DNA of 62,630 bases, counting the filler, from Circinaria calcarea (lineage: Eukaryota): NCBI GenBank assembly GCA_051942165.1. It is 11 parts of 11 records of this genome, joined end to end, with 100 filler letters (N's around TTAATTAATTAA, not from the genome) between each part and the next. Parts side by side here need not be neighbours in the genome. Positions count along the whole stretch, not along the records: positions 11,430 to 17,041 come from JAVECS010001847.1; positions 17,142 to 22,751 come from JAVECS010001848.1; positions 22,852 to 28,458 come from JAVECS010001849.1; 8 more parts are not named here. One strand, written 5' to 3'. The position numbers and the translations under genes were made by a program. Shown piece by piece: positions 12,870-25,704 of this stretch (its first letter is position 1; every line of letters begins with the position of its first letter). Below the pieces are notes generated by a model, which was not told where the DNA came from, ran no database searches, and saw only the letters and a program-made list of their open reading frames with translations.

Positions 12870-14057
12870 GTAGCACCAGCAATAGCTAACCGCAATTGAC
12901 ACCCAGATTAATTTTAAAGAAATGGGTGTAAACCAATAGTTCTACTTCGATCGAAACTATCCAGCTTTTCAGATTATTTGAAGATCATCCATATCTTAAA
13001 GCAACCTTTTGTCAGTCTGATTTAGAAAGTCTTTCAATATACTTGACCAAAATCAGCTCCTTCCTTAATGAATCAGGCGCGCGCTAGTGGCGTTAGGGAA
13101 CCTAATCGCGCGCGGATGTATGCCTTCTCAACCCATCTTCTCCATGATCCAATGCGGCCGACCGAGTACCAGAACTTATCTCGTCAACGGTAACATTAGC
13201 TCTGGATACGCAGCCTCCAGTACAGATTTGTTTCCGCAATATTGTTGTGGTACGAGCGCCTTTTAGTAACCGTTTAGTCTTGTCTATGTCGACCCCTTGG
13301 ATTTTCCCAAAGGATGAGGAGTATCAAAAAGTTAGTCTCTTAATCGGCACACTTTCTTCCAGGAAGCTAACCGGACGTTACTCTCGCAGATCAAAGTTAA
13401 CCTTTCCAACGCTAAATCGGTCTGGGGTGAATCGAGTCGTCAGTATCGGGAATCTGAAGCCATGGCTGCAGGATATTTCCGGACCACGAAGGAAGCCTCC
13501 AGCATAGAGACGGTGTTAGAACCTAAACAAGGTCAACCGCAGGACGTCACAGCAGAAGAAACTCTGCCAGCGGGTACCATTAGGATGCTGAAATTGGCAT
13601 ACCGACCGAAATAAGCACCCTACTTTAGACCTTTAGACTGCCTGTCTATACTGTCTTTCCAATTCTGCTTGACCTGATACCGTACCTGACCTACTTTTGA
13701 GATTGTTTGCCTTTCTTTTACGGCATATTCTCCCCAAGTCTTCCAATGGATTCTTAGCCTTATATGTTTCCGCATAAGCCGCGGCCTAGGTCACCCTTGG
13801 AGAATTCAGGAAGCTACAATATATGTTAGAAGATTCAAGGCGATTCACTAATATCCGTATACTATATGATACTGGGAAGTGCAGGGCATATCTGCCTTAA
13901 GCATCGATGGGGAATCCCAAAGCATTTGACATTAGCATTGTGACATCTGTCCGTCATATTTTTAGGACCACAACTGAGTCACGTTGACATCTTGCAGAAT
14001 GCTGTCAGACGAAGCAAAGAGCTTCATAGTCAGAGACAAAGCAGATTGCACGCATCG

Positions 14058-14178
14058 TGTCAGAAGTCAAGCACGCTAAGCCAGGGGAGCCGCGCTAGCG
14101 ACTCCGGTGTATATACTGAGGCCTTCGGCCTCCCTTTACATAGCAAGCAATTAAGCGTTCAACCACATAACTTTGACA
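14058..14178 (+). mobile_element. Solo LTR (121 bp, 48 bp shorter internally) with 5-bp TSD CATCG
   Basis: TGTCA...TGACA termini and CATCG on both flanks; near-identical to 12701-12869 apart from a 48-bp gap bounded by CAGGG. Confidence 0.88.
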
Positions 14179-16161
14179 CATCGTTTCCGAGGTGCTAAAG
14201 CAGATGATACCCGAATTCGAGTGGGCATATTCCTCCTCGTCTAGGTGTTCTAATTAACTACTGTAAATCTTCAGTATCTCCGACGCCTCAGGTCGCGCGC
14301 CCGAATGCGAACCAGAAGCCAAACATTCGAGGAGACGAGTATAATCTCCACTCAAAACGATCAAGTGACAACAGACTATACGCCTATCGAGAAACGAAAA
14401 AGGCAGTCACGGGGATCTACATACACATATTAAATACGGGAGGAAGCCGAAAGGGAATAGCATCGAGACCGCATACAGAGGGAAGTAAAGACGCGTCAAG
14501 AGTGGAAAATTGGAAAGCTCTAAAAGGCAAGGGTGGTAGAACAGACCCCGCTGTATTCTGAATGGCTGTCCACACGCGAGACCAACACATGCTATATCTA
14601 AAAGCTGATCATGCGCCGTTTTCTGTCGAGAACCTTAATCTCCTGGTGCTGTAGGCCTTTCACAATATGGAAAGATCGACTGCCTTGATAGGCCCAAGAA
14701 AAGTGGAAAGCGCTCATGAAATAGCCAGAATGCAGCCACATGCCTACTGGACCCTGAAAGTAACCCCACCCCGAACACGCGCACCCAATAGCAGGGCATG
14801 GTGACATATTCTGGCAAGGCTGTCGGTGGAATCGATTGCGTCGGGGATCACCAAACCCGGAATTTGACTCTTCTGGCTCCCTTTCGGCACTTGGAATGAA
14901 GGAATGATTCCTGTCGGCAGTCTTTGCCACCAGATGGGCAAGTGGAATAGACCAATGAGTACCCACATATGATCCATAAGCCTGAAAATGGCATTTCCGT
15001 GTTTCAATGGCCGAAGATAGATCCGATAGAGCTGGGGGGTAGCTTTTTGGTGGATTAAGGACCATGTATTTTCTAGTCCATACACTCACTCTTCCTCCAA
15101 GATCGCCTGGTCATGCCTCTTGCTTACACAAGGAGAGTGAATGGAAGCCCCAAGACTGGATATCGACAGCATGCATTAGAACAGCTGTGGTTTGGGAGAA
15201 ACGGGTGAAGTTCGTCGTTTAAGCAACCGAATTAACTGTCTGGCGAGAATATGAAGGCCTAGGTTGCACATGTCTTCTGAATCCGACCCTGCTTGAGCCG
15301 AGAACTGCGAGGGAAGATGATGGGCCGATGAGGAAGTGTTCCCAGTTCAGGCAGAAATTCGGTGGTTGATATGCAGGCCAATGCAACTAGCGAATGCTTA
15401 CCGGTTGGGGCTGAGGAAGCCGTTGAGCTAACGACACCTTAGCTGCTGATTGGTGGTGAGTCCGGGTTGGCAAGGGGGAAGTCGCGTGTCCTTGCTCCAC
15501 CTGAATGTTGGTTATTTCAGCTTCCGACGCGGGGTTAAGGGTGCCCCGCCATTTTGATCGACGTTCCCGGCTTTCCTTACGCCGTGTAATCATGCCGAAT
15601 CCGTGTCAATGCGGACACCCCCTCTAATAACTACAGTTAATGTACTGGGCGTTGCGTCAAGTGCATGAGCTTCGTGCAGCATGTCAATCGAGCTCGGCCG
15701 GTCTACCCATACCGATGATTCAAAGCCAGAGATACCAGAACGGGTTAGCCTGCGGGCGTCTGTGAAACGGGGAAGGGGGGAAGGGGGGAAGGAGGCGAGC
15801 TGAAGGGCGTTGGTGCATACGCCTCTCGTTGAGCTGTCGGGCAAGACGTATCAAACTCCAGCAATCAGTATGCCTCTCACCGCAGTCTGGGTACTCTCAT
15901 CTCATTTGCTGCCGAGATGCAGCCACTCCCTCCCTTGATCGGTAAACCCACGGCGGGGAAGAGGCGCTATGTATGGCCAGGTCATGCTCTGCTTACACTC
16001 ATGAATCGACTTCGGACTACTCCATCGTCTTGGTTTAGCTTCCCTCCAAACAGTACTTGATACTCCCTTCGCTCCAGTCTATTCGAATGCTCGGCAACTC
16101 CGTCAGTTCCCCCCGGTGAATCCTCAGCTTATTTCCAGATTCATAAGGGTTCCAATCAACA

Positions 16162-17041
16162 ATGTCTGCAGCTCTCGATGCACAGACGAACGGCACTGCT
16201 GAACCGCAACAGCCGAAGCCCAGGTCGAAGCTCCTCGTGTGCTTTGACGGTACCGGAAACCAGTACTCCGGGGACACTTCTGACACCAATATCGTGAAGC
16301 TCTATCAGAAATTCGATCGTGACGCCCCAAATCAATTCCACTATTATCAACGTAAGCCGGCAAGCAGAGCTGTCCTTGTAGGACTAGATTGGTGACTGAT
16401 GACTCTGGAATTACACAGCTGGGATTGGTACCTATTCGGCCCGTCAGGGCTCGCTCAACGCCGGAATCTTGGGGAGAACGGCCCTTTCCGTCTCACAGAA
16501 GATTGATGAAGGGATTGGCACAACCTTTGATCAGCACGTGATTGCTGGTTGTCGGTTCGTTATGCGGTACTATAACGAGCATGATAGGATCTTCATCTTT
16601 GGCTTCTCTCGAGGCGCCTTTACCGCCCGCTTCCTGGCTCGTATGATCTCGACTGTAGGTCTGCTTTCCCGGGGGAACGAGGAAATGGTCCCTTTTGCGT
16701 ATAAGACGTACCAAGATTATGAATTGGGAATTGGTCCTTTCAAGAGCGCGGAAGCACACAACGCGTACATGAAGAGCTTCAAGACAACCTTTTGCCGTGC
16801 CAGGGTGAAAGTGCACTTCCTCGGCTTATTTGATACGGTTAATTCCGTCGGAATCTTCGATCTACCATTCACCAAGAAGACATACCTTCCCACCGTCGCT
16901 AAAACCGCAACACACATTCGCCATGCTGTATCAATTGATGAGCGTCGGGCCAAGTTCCGGCCCGCTCTACTCCACCAAGACAAGAGACAGGCTCGGAAAA
17001 AAGAAGAAGACATTAAGGAAGTCTTCTTCCCGGGAAATCAT
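16162..17041 (+). CDS. DUF2235 (Tle1-like alpha/beta hydrolase) protein, 3'-truncated
   Basis: LLVCFDGTGNQ, TNIVKLY, YYQ|PGIGTY (intron 16352-16418), IFIFGFSRGAFTARFLA, FLGLFDTVNSVG, RHAVSIDERRAKF and EVFFPGNH. Confidence 0.92.
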
Positions 17042-17990
17042 NNNNNNNNNNNNNNNNNNNNNNNNNNNNNNNNNNNNNNNNNNNNTTAATTAATTAANNN
17101 NNNNNNNNNNNNNNNNNNNNNNNNNNNNNNNNNNNNNNNNNGAGGAGGGGTCGGGGGAGGAGGCGGGGGAGGTGCATTGGGCTGTTGGATTAAGGGTATG
17201 GTACGGAGGTAAAGGGAAGGGTACTTTTCCTTAGCCTCCAGGGAGGAAACGAACAAGGGGGAACGAAGGAGATGGAGGAATACGCTAATTGCCTATCATG
17301 ACGCTTACTATTGGTTAGGAGAGGTTTTTGCTCTGTTGTGCTCGACAATGGGAAAGCTGAAATGTCAAATTGAAGCCTGTATCAGAAATGTGAGATTCAG
17401 AAGGCAGGCCATAAAGACTGTCAGGTCAGTGTCCATAATTATCTTGGGATTAAGAGTCTGACTGAGTGGTGCCCTCCAGGTAGAGATGCGTATCAAAAAA
17501 AGATGTGGCAAGTAAGGCGGCGGTGAAACAAACGGCCCGATAGAACATTGCTGAGAACATGGGAACCAAGGACAAAGAACAAACACTCCGGTCTCCTCGC
17601 ACGGTCTTACCCAAAGATGGATCCGAAAACGGTAGGATGCAGGAGAGTACTCGAAGGCGGTACATGATTTCCTGGAGGGAAAAATCGCCGTTTGAGCGTG
17701 ATACCTTGAGAGCGAAAATATTGCATGGCATCATTCTTGGAAAAAATTACCTCACTTGGAAATGTTTTATTAAAGCAAAGCCTGAGTCCTTCTTCGGCCT
17801 TTTATCTGTTCCCCTCTTGAAGATGTGGTTTGTAGGGAATTCTGGATGGGCTGAGAGATTCGAGGTTGGGGCTTACGTGTATTTTACATATTGATTTCTG
17901 CAGATGAGACATATATAATCACGAGTATTTATTTATCTGAAGCTGGAGGGGGATATAAATAGGCGGGGGCTGTCTACTAGCAATATTACT

Positions 17991-18191
17991 CATATACTAT
18001 TTCCGGATCGCTGCATTCGTATTTTCTTTCTCTCTCTTTTGCTATAAATTTCCCTGTGTTTTTTGTTGACTACCTACGCTTTCGTACATTCATATACTAT
18101 CTCCGGATCGTTGCATTCGTATTTCCTTTCTCTCTCTTTTGCTATAAATTTCCGTGTGATCTTTGTTGACTGCCCATTGCTTTCGCACATT
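17991..18191. repeat. Diverged tandem duplication, 2 x ~100 bp
   Basis: CATATACTAT(T/C)TCCGGATCG...GCTATAAATTTCC...TTTCG(T/C)ACATT occurs at 17991 and 18091. Confidence 0.9.
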
Positions 18192-18652
18192 CCTCAACCT
18201 CTTAATCCAAAGTGATTTTTGAAGGTCTTTAAGCTTTTAGAGATCCAATTTTCTATTGCTCCTGTCCTAGCAATCAAACCGCTTTGCTTCAGGATCCTCA
18301 TCTCTGCAGGTACAGCAAACTCTTCAACTGTACAGAAAATTCTAGGCGTACGGAAGAGATCAAGATGAATAAACCCACCAAAGATTCTGCAAAGCTTAAT
18401 AAAGCTGAGATTAGTGGTATGTTCTGCAATCTCTGTTCGGTCATCCACAGAGAGTGTGCACTGTAACCTGCAACATGAAGAGTAACTCCTTCGGTATTTG
18501 GTGTTTCTCTCGAATCAGCCAAACTATTATTAAAGCCCACACAGCAAATAAGACACCTACCCATATTGCCTTCACAATCTGTTTAACATTTAATGAAGAC
18601 TGACTAGCCGGCTCTGGAAGCAGCAGGTCAAGACAAGCAACCAGAAGGGCCG

Positions 18653-19030
18653 ATGACGTCACACAAATATCCATCTCTCACAACCTACCACATCCCGCTC
18701 GGAGCCATCCAGCTTCCAATCTTACAGGCCTACGGAGAAGAAAACGCACCCATGACTCCAACCGGTCAGCACCGGGTGTTCACATTGCACTCCGAAGCGC
18801 CCGAATCCGAACAGGCAGAGCCCACAGCTTTCTACTTGGCCCGCCTCAAGGAGTTGGTCCGGAAGCAGGCTCTCTTGGCGTCTCTGTTTGAGGAAGAGGA
18901 CGGCCGGGCAGACTTTCTGGAAAACATCAGGCACGGCAATAAGGAGATTGCCGGCAAAATAGATGAAGTTGAGCTATTGCTAGCGTCTGCTAATGAAGAG
19001 GGGTTGGATGATTTCGGTCTTCCGATCTGA
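18653..19030 (+). CDS. Hypothetical small helical protein
   Basis: 125-codon ORF with an amphipathic, acidic helical C-terminal half; no known motif. Confidence 0.35.
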   Translation: MTSHKYPSLTTYHIPLGAIQLPILQAYGEENAPMTPTGQHRVFTLHSEAPESEQAEPTAFYLARLKELVRKQALLASLFEEEDGRADFLENIRHGNKEIAGKIDEVELLLASANEEGLDDFGLPI

Positions 19031-20593
19031 CAAATTGGTCGATGCATTGGGAGGTAAGGGCCTGGTAGTACGAGTGGGTAGTTTTTTTAATATAAATGCA
19101 GCAAATAAAGATAATGCCTTCTCTCCCCCAAGTAATTCAGCCACTTGATGATACTTATTGATGTTCAAGTTAATAATCACGACAAGCAGAGCTCTCCGTG
19201 CTAGAACACAGCAGGTGTACGAAGGAAGGGAGTGCACCTGGTTGAACCTCTTGTACAGAGAAGCACTTGCTGCATGCCTTGAAGTACTTTCCATAAACCG
19301 AATATCAGCGCATGCAGCATTAAGGGGGAAAGGAAAGTAGGCCGGACGGCTTAAAACGGCCTGTACGTGCATAAGATCTGAATAACTACAATTGATTGCT
19401 TATCTAACTGTGAACCACTATTTCAACGCTCCATTCTTCATATATAAAAGAAAATATACCATTATGAAGCCAAGCGGCGAGGCGTAAGATAGGGTCGGGC
19501 TTTTATCGTTTCTCTCCATATTATTTCACGTCATAATTTCAAGAGCATATTGCGTGGTATACAAAGACAGCTTTCGCCAGTATCCTAATCCTTCCTTTCT
19601 GCTATCCTTTTTCTCTTTCTTCTAAGTCACCACCAAGATATCACTCGCAGCATGGAATCACAGAGAAAGACCGTGTGGTGATGAACTTGATAGTAAGCCG
19701 CCTGATCGAGGAACCTAATCTTTTGTGCCAACGACTTTCTCTGATACGAGTCCTCCTAAAGAATTTCAGAAGAGCAGATGATATACTGGCTCAAGCGGTG
19801 GCACAGAAAAGGGGTAATAACAGAGATACAGCCCTTTAGTTCCACAAGCGACCGCTCGGACCGAAACCCGAAAATGAGCAGTTTATGGAACACCTAAAGG
19901 CTACGGTAACTGACTCGTCAAGTCACACCTATGCCGCTGGGTACCAAATTGGTATAGGTGTAGGTCTGCGCCCTCACCCAACGGCCTTTTGTCGATCTTC
20001 TGATATGGAAGGAATAAGGAAAGTAACTCTGGGGAGGTACATGGTAGGAAAGTTTGAGTGACATAGGAGCGAGCATGAATGCATGAGAAAAAAGTAACCC
20101 TAATCCGAGTTGAAAGGTTAGTTTTGGGAAGAAATGAAAACTTTCCCTTTCTTTTTTACAGTCTGGAAACGCTCGTATGCTATCATTCTTTAGAGGCAAG
20201 CACAGCGTGAAAGAGTATGATGATACGGCAGAGGCGTGGTAGGTCGGGTGGTTGGCGAAGAAATATATCGCGTGTATGAAAACCATGATCGGATGGAACT
20301 CGGAGAGGAAAATGGTGGGAATGAGGATGTGGGATGACCCCGTTGGAAGATCTAGGTATGATAATTCAGGGGTTGTGGTACTCATAAGGGCATTGGGTTA
20401 AACGAGAAAGGGCAGTTGGAGGATCATGGTGATACGGCGAAAAGCTGGTGAGGGCTATTGGCAAGGAGCTTGTGAGGGACGGAGAAAATGGTAATTCCCG
20501 TTTAATTCCCAAAACGGCGATGCCTCCACCCGATGAGAACTTTACCAAAGGGTCCCTACTCAACTGCCTGATGCTTATTTACGACACTAATAT

Positions 20594-21067
20594 CTACTCA
20601 ACCTTGACAGCGATCTTGTTTGACATAAACTCCTCCGTGCTAGCCCCTCGCATAGTCTCCAACATATCCCTCGTGACATCAGACAACGGTAGATCCCAAA
20701 GGCCCTTCCACTTCCCCTTTGCTTCTACTTCATATGCCCGTCCGGAAACTAAATCCAGCCCTTGAATCTGCACCGAGTTCTCCACCGTCCCACCATCAGC
20801 AATCTCGACCAGGCTGTCTGCCGTTGGAGGCAGTAAGCGAGCAAAGTTGACAGTCAGGCCTTGCGTGATCTCTCCACTTTCTTTATCGGTAATGTAGAAG
20901 ATACCAAGCATGCCGGCGTCTGGATCCAACGGACTATCCCAGTTGAGGAGGGTGATGGTGTGATCGGCGATGTTGCGAACAGTAACTTGCAGATTGAGCG
21001 AGTCTCCCGCTGGAGGGTTCGGAACCCTGGCGGCAATGACTACCTGCAATGCGGGGGACATGGCCAT
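20594..21067 (-). CDS. Stand-alone protein resembling the M35 (deuterolysin) propeptide domain, 157 aa, no signal peptide
   Basis: LQVTVRN...TITLLNWDSPLD, LVEIADGGTVENSVQI and FMSNKIAVKVE parallel the M35 prodomain pattern; no HExxH. Confidence 0.7.
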   Translation of the reverse strand: MAMSPALQVVIAARVPNPPAGDSLNLQVTVRNIADHTITLLNWDSPLDPDAGMLGIFYITDKESGEITQGLTVNFARLLPPTADSLVEIADGGTVENSVQIQGLDLVSGRAYEVEAKGKWKGLWDLPLSDVTRDMLETMRGASTEEFMSNKIAVKVE

Positions 21068-22569
21068 TATGGTTGACAATAGCCTGATTCCTGCACTCGA
21101 CAGAAGGGAAGCGTTAGCTCGAGACAACTATGATGGTTTGGTAGATGACCTACCTTAATGCCCTGACCTTAGGCATGGAGGCCGTGGATGATATGGAATC
21201 CACCTACTTATCTTGTAAAACTCTCCTTTCGTTTGGGCCTTGGGATGTGTAGAGATAAGACATCTCATCCCGGAGCACTCGGCAAAGGTCATTCATTCAC
21301 TTGGAACTGCGGAACGGCCACGAATGAGAGGCTGCAAACATTCGGATGCTCATGTCGACTGCACGTCACGACATCCTATGAACTTCCTTTCTGGGATGGC
21401 TTACCCACCACAAGACAATGAGGTGCCACCTCTGCGAAAGTGACTGGCATCGCTTGGACGAGTCGGAGACGACAATGGGAGACTCGAAATGCGCTCGCGG
21501 CGCTCTCCGGACGTGCCAAGACGGCGCGAGGCTCGGGCCAAGCCCTCTGTACATTATCAGGCGTGAGCTTAAGCTTAATTCTCGCTTCCCCGCACCATCC
21601 CTGGCCTCCGCCTCAGCCTCTACGAACAGCCGGACAGGGCGGGGGAGTTTGAACAAGGGATCAAACGCCCACTTCTCAGCGCAGGAGCCTCCCGCTGCAA
21701 AAAGAGCTTATTCAAACGTTGGCTGGAGATGGTGTACATGTAGCCAACCTATTCTCAAGTCATGTCAAGTCTCTGGCAGTCTGCGAGCTGTAACTCTCTC
21801 CCGCCCTTCTCCTATAATCAAATTAGCACGCCGTACTACGTTTCATAGACACGGAAAGGCGGTTGGTTACCTGGATCATCTTGGAAGAACGTGCCTCTTC
21901 CTAAAGGAGGCAGGTCGTCCTTTGCTCCGCCAAGCCCGAAATCTGCAATTTTATCAGTCACACACAGAAGGCCCATATCACTTGGTGGCTGTTTCAACGG
22001 CTATCAATAGAGCTGCCGCGCCATGGTCATGCCCTCATCCTTTTCTACCCGAGCATTGCACCTGCATCTTCCCTTCCCATGCTTCGCTTAGCACAGCATC
22101 TCTGCCTATAGTGTTATCTTTTCAATCCGCTCACCTTCTACTTCCATGGATCCGAGGTGCTCTATTTGCCTGATCCTTGCCATTCACTCCCCCGTCCCCA
22201 CCATGTCTTATACTTCACATCCCTCGCTGTGAAGCCAATTCACCAACGCCCTGTCCGAGATGTCCTATGGGACATCGAATTTCTATTCACCTTCTCCATC
22301 AAGATATGTCTCCGTACCTCAAAGTCCACAGCCTTTCGTGTAGATAATGCAATTTCGGGTTGCAGGATTGGCGTTAGGACCGAATCCATTCCTGAAGGAT
22401 GCCTCCGATGCTTCTATCTATGTCAGATTTATCTTCTATATAAACCACCAAGAAAGTCTGTTCTTCTGACAGCATCGAGCTTGCCCTCCTACCTTTATCG
22501 CTTGGACGTTCGACCATCCCATCTCATTTGACCTGACAACATTGGGTCGAGATATACATATACATCAAC

Positions 22570-22751
22570 ATGTTTTTCTCGAATACCATCTTACTGGCAG
22601 CCGCCACCTTCTCGGCTCTGATCACTGCAGCACCAACAGAAGTGGCGAAGCTCGCTACACCACTGTCTGTTAGTGTTTCGCCAGCTGGTAATGCCATGAT
22701 CAAGGTGACAATGACCAATGTCGGTGCAACGGACCTCTCTCTCTACAAATA
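22570..22751 (+). CDS. Probable deuterolysin/neutral protease 2 (M35) preproprotein, N-terminal fragment
   Basis: Signal peptide MFFSNTILLAAATFSALITAAP, then LSVSVSPAGNAMIKVTMTNVGATDLSLYK, typical of an M35 propeptide start. The catalytic domain is lost at the contig end. Confidence 0.7.
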
Positions 22752-22976
22752 NNNNNNNNNNNNNNNNNNNNNNNNNNNNNNNNNNNNNNNNNNNNTTAAT
22801 TAATTAANNNNNNNNNNNNNNNNNNNNNNNNNNNNNNNNNNNNNNNNNNNNTCCCTTCATGAACAACACATTGCGGGGAACCTTCCGGCGATATTCCATC
22901 GAGAACACGTGTGAGGGACTCGGTGAGCGACACGAGATTCTCGATCATCAACAGAAGAATCGTTGTTCCTTTCAAG

Positions 22977-25704
22977 ATGCCCGCCGCCGCTGCATCGACC
23001 ACCGCCGCCTCCGCAACCACACCCACACCCACGCCGACGAAGAAATCCACGACTGCGCCGGAGAAGAAGTACAAGTGCCAGTACTGCAGTCGAGCGTTCA
23101 GCAGGAGTGAGCACCGGAGCAGGCACGAGAGATCGCGTAAGTTTGGGGCATCCTTTAGTCTACGTGGGGTCGTGTGATGGATTTCTTTTCGAAGTTCATG
23201 CGCTCGTGGCGGGGTCGAAGAAGCTGGCTAACCTCATCGTGCCTTATCTCCAGACACGAAAGAGCGTCCGTTCAAATGCATGAAGTGCAAGAGCACCTTT
23301 GTCCGACGAGACCTGTTGCTGCGACATGATCGGACCGTCCATGCCAAAGATGGAGGCGTCCCGCTCGTCAGCGAGGTCAAGAGGCGAGCGGGCGCAAAGA
23401 CGTCGCCGATGACGGCTCCTGCGAAGCCATCCATCGCATTAGACACGGCGACGCTGGAGCAGATAGAAGCGAGCAGTGATGGTATGGTTGATCTCGAGAC
23501 TGCTGCAATGTTGATGACCGACCTTCATCACAAAGCTACTGCCGCCATGGCGAATCGCGACGCAGAAGCTGAAGAGTTATCCACGCCCTACTCGCCCGAT
23601 CACACGACCATGTTCGACACGAGCGCGCCATATCTCTCGACGGCGGTGCCGTTGCCTCAGATGCCATGGGATACTTTCATGTCACATTCGGTAATTGAAC
23701 CCAAAGCTCATTCCATCTCTTCGAGCCTCTCTGGCTCTCAAGATTCTCAACTGTCGCAGCTTTCCTTTACGAGCGCCAGCACCGTCCATCCAACCTCGAC
23801 CCATCTTCCGCCGATGATGGAACGGTATCCGTCTGCTGGCGACGCTTTAGCTCCCGCACTGCAGCCGATGAACAACTCGATGTCTGTCTCTGGATCCGTC
23901 ACCCCGAATGGATTATCGCCGTTCCCTTATATGTTGATGGGCCCGGTATCGCCAGTCGACTATCGAAGGTCGCCTGGTCCTAGTCAGGCTCTCACGTCCC
24001 CAAAAGCACCTCAGATCCAGTCCGACGAAGATTATGACTCGATCCGAGAAAACATCAAGAACTGGGATACCGAAGGTGCGATACGAACGACGTGCAATCT
24101 CCAGAGCTGTACGGATGTCAACTCCTTTCTGACTACATACTTTAATCTCTTCCATCATCATCTGCCATTTTTACATCCCGAGTCGTTTAATCCAACTGAA
24201 GTTTCTCCGCCACTCCTCCTTGCAGTGCTTTCTATCGGAGCACTATATGCCTTCAACCAAGAGCAAGCCTATATGTTGCACATTGGTTCGAAAGTGTTGG
24301 TGAGTCAGTTTTTGCAGAACAAAGAGAGTTTCAGCTCGCGCAAATGTCCATTGTGGACGATGCAGAGTACTTTGTTGAACATGATATTTGCCAGCTGGAG
24401 TGGCGATGCCAAAGGTTTGGAATGGGCTTGCTCCATTAAAAGCCTCTTAGCCAACGTAAGCATAATCCGTCCAGGTCCCAGCAAACACGGCTAATGCAAC
24501 ACAGATGGTCGCTGGCAACCGATACGAACTGAAGCTTCGTTCTGAAGCACGTGAGGACGCCCAACCAACTCATGAAGAATGGGTCGAAGATGAAGGATGC
24601 CGAAGAACGTATTACGCCGTCTACATCTTCTTTGGCATGCTCACCCTTACGTACAATCACACACCCGCAATTAGTCTGGACGAGTTTGATTCACTGGAGT
24701 TGCCGTCGTCAGAATCCTTATGGAACCTGGAAGTCTCCGATGAGCACTCATGGCGCGAGAGCTGGGCGGCATCGAACATCATCACAGTTCGAGAAGCACA
24801 CGATAGCTTGTTCCAGGGAGAACCGGCGCATTACAGTGCGTTTGCCACTCGCGTGATGATAAATGCCCTCTTCCTCGAAGTATGGTATCACAAGCGCAGC
24901 TTCGAAGCTCTCCAAGATGTTGTTACCGAATACAAACTTCGTCTAGCCCTCGAAACATGGGAAAAGTCCTTGGACCTATGCGAGCCCGAGACTATTGTGG
25001 TGCAGTTAAGTGCGCCCCACAAGGGGCACCCTCTTATCTTCAACGCCATGGCTGTATATCGAAACACTCGAGCTCGATTGGAAGTGGATCTAAAGGCGAT
25101 ACAGGAAGTCCTTCGATATCATGAATCCTACGAGGTGGCCGCTGCAATGTCTACCTCGAGGGATAAGATAAAACGATCTCAAGAGATGATCAAGGTCATC
25201 CAGGTATGCTTTGAATGCATTGAGATTGTCGCTTTGCAGGGCATCAAGTGGGTCGGTCGGACTTGTGCAACAAACTGGAGTATTGAACATCCCCTCTGCG
25301 GTCTGGACCTGATGGTCATCTTGAGTATGTGGCTATACCGTCTGGAACATGATGAGGAGCCTGCGACTGAAGAAGAACTTGCCATGTACAACAAAGTTCG
25401 CAATCTCTTTGACGATGATTCTATCGGTATATACGGTTCAAAGCTAAGCTCAACTGTTGCGCGCCTTTGGGGGAGTATGCTGGATGAAGTCGTTGTTTGG
25501 GGGTAGGTCTTCACAGACCATCTCATATATATGCCATATCTAACCTGATGCAGCATCACCAAATTAATGGGCGAGTCCTTCAGGTTACATTCCGAGGCTC
25601 TCGACGGGTTCCAAGACGCCGTTGCGTCGGGCTCTAGTGCCAGTACTCCTACAATGTCCTCCCAAGCCGCCCAAGAGCTTGATATAGAAACGCCTGTATA
25701 TTAG
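22977..25704 (+). CDS. Two-C2H2 zinc-finger transcription factor with fungal-specific TF domain (klf1-like)
   Basis: CQYCSRAFSRSEHRSRHERS|HTKERPFKCMKCKSTFVRRDLLLRHDRTVH, FHHHLPFLH and EGCRRTYY; introns at 23137-23253, 24456-24504 and 25503-25553. Confidence 0.93.

Noticed and set aside
12701..14178. A single TRIM or LTR retrotransposon bounded by the two repeats
   Set aside because: Each LTR has its own matching TSD, the outer flanks (GTAGC and CATCG) differ, and no gag/pol lies between them.
14598..15089. Overlapping minus-strand ORFs as a gene
   Set aside because: No motif and multiple stops; at most an unidentifiable relic.
21418..22173. 251-aa ORF between the propeptide-like gene and the protease
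   Set aside because: No motif, unlikely composition, and it lies in a divergent promoter region; probably a chance ORF.
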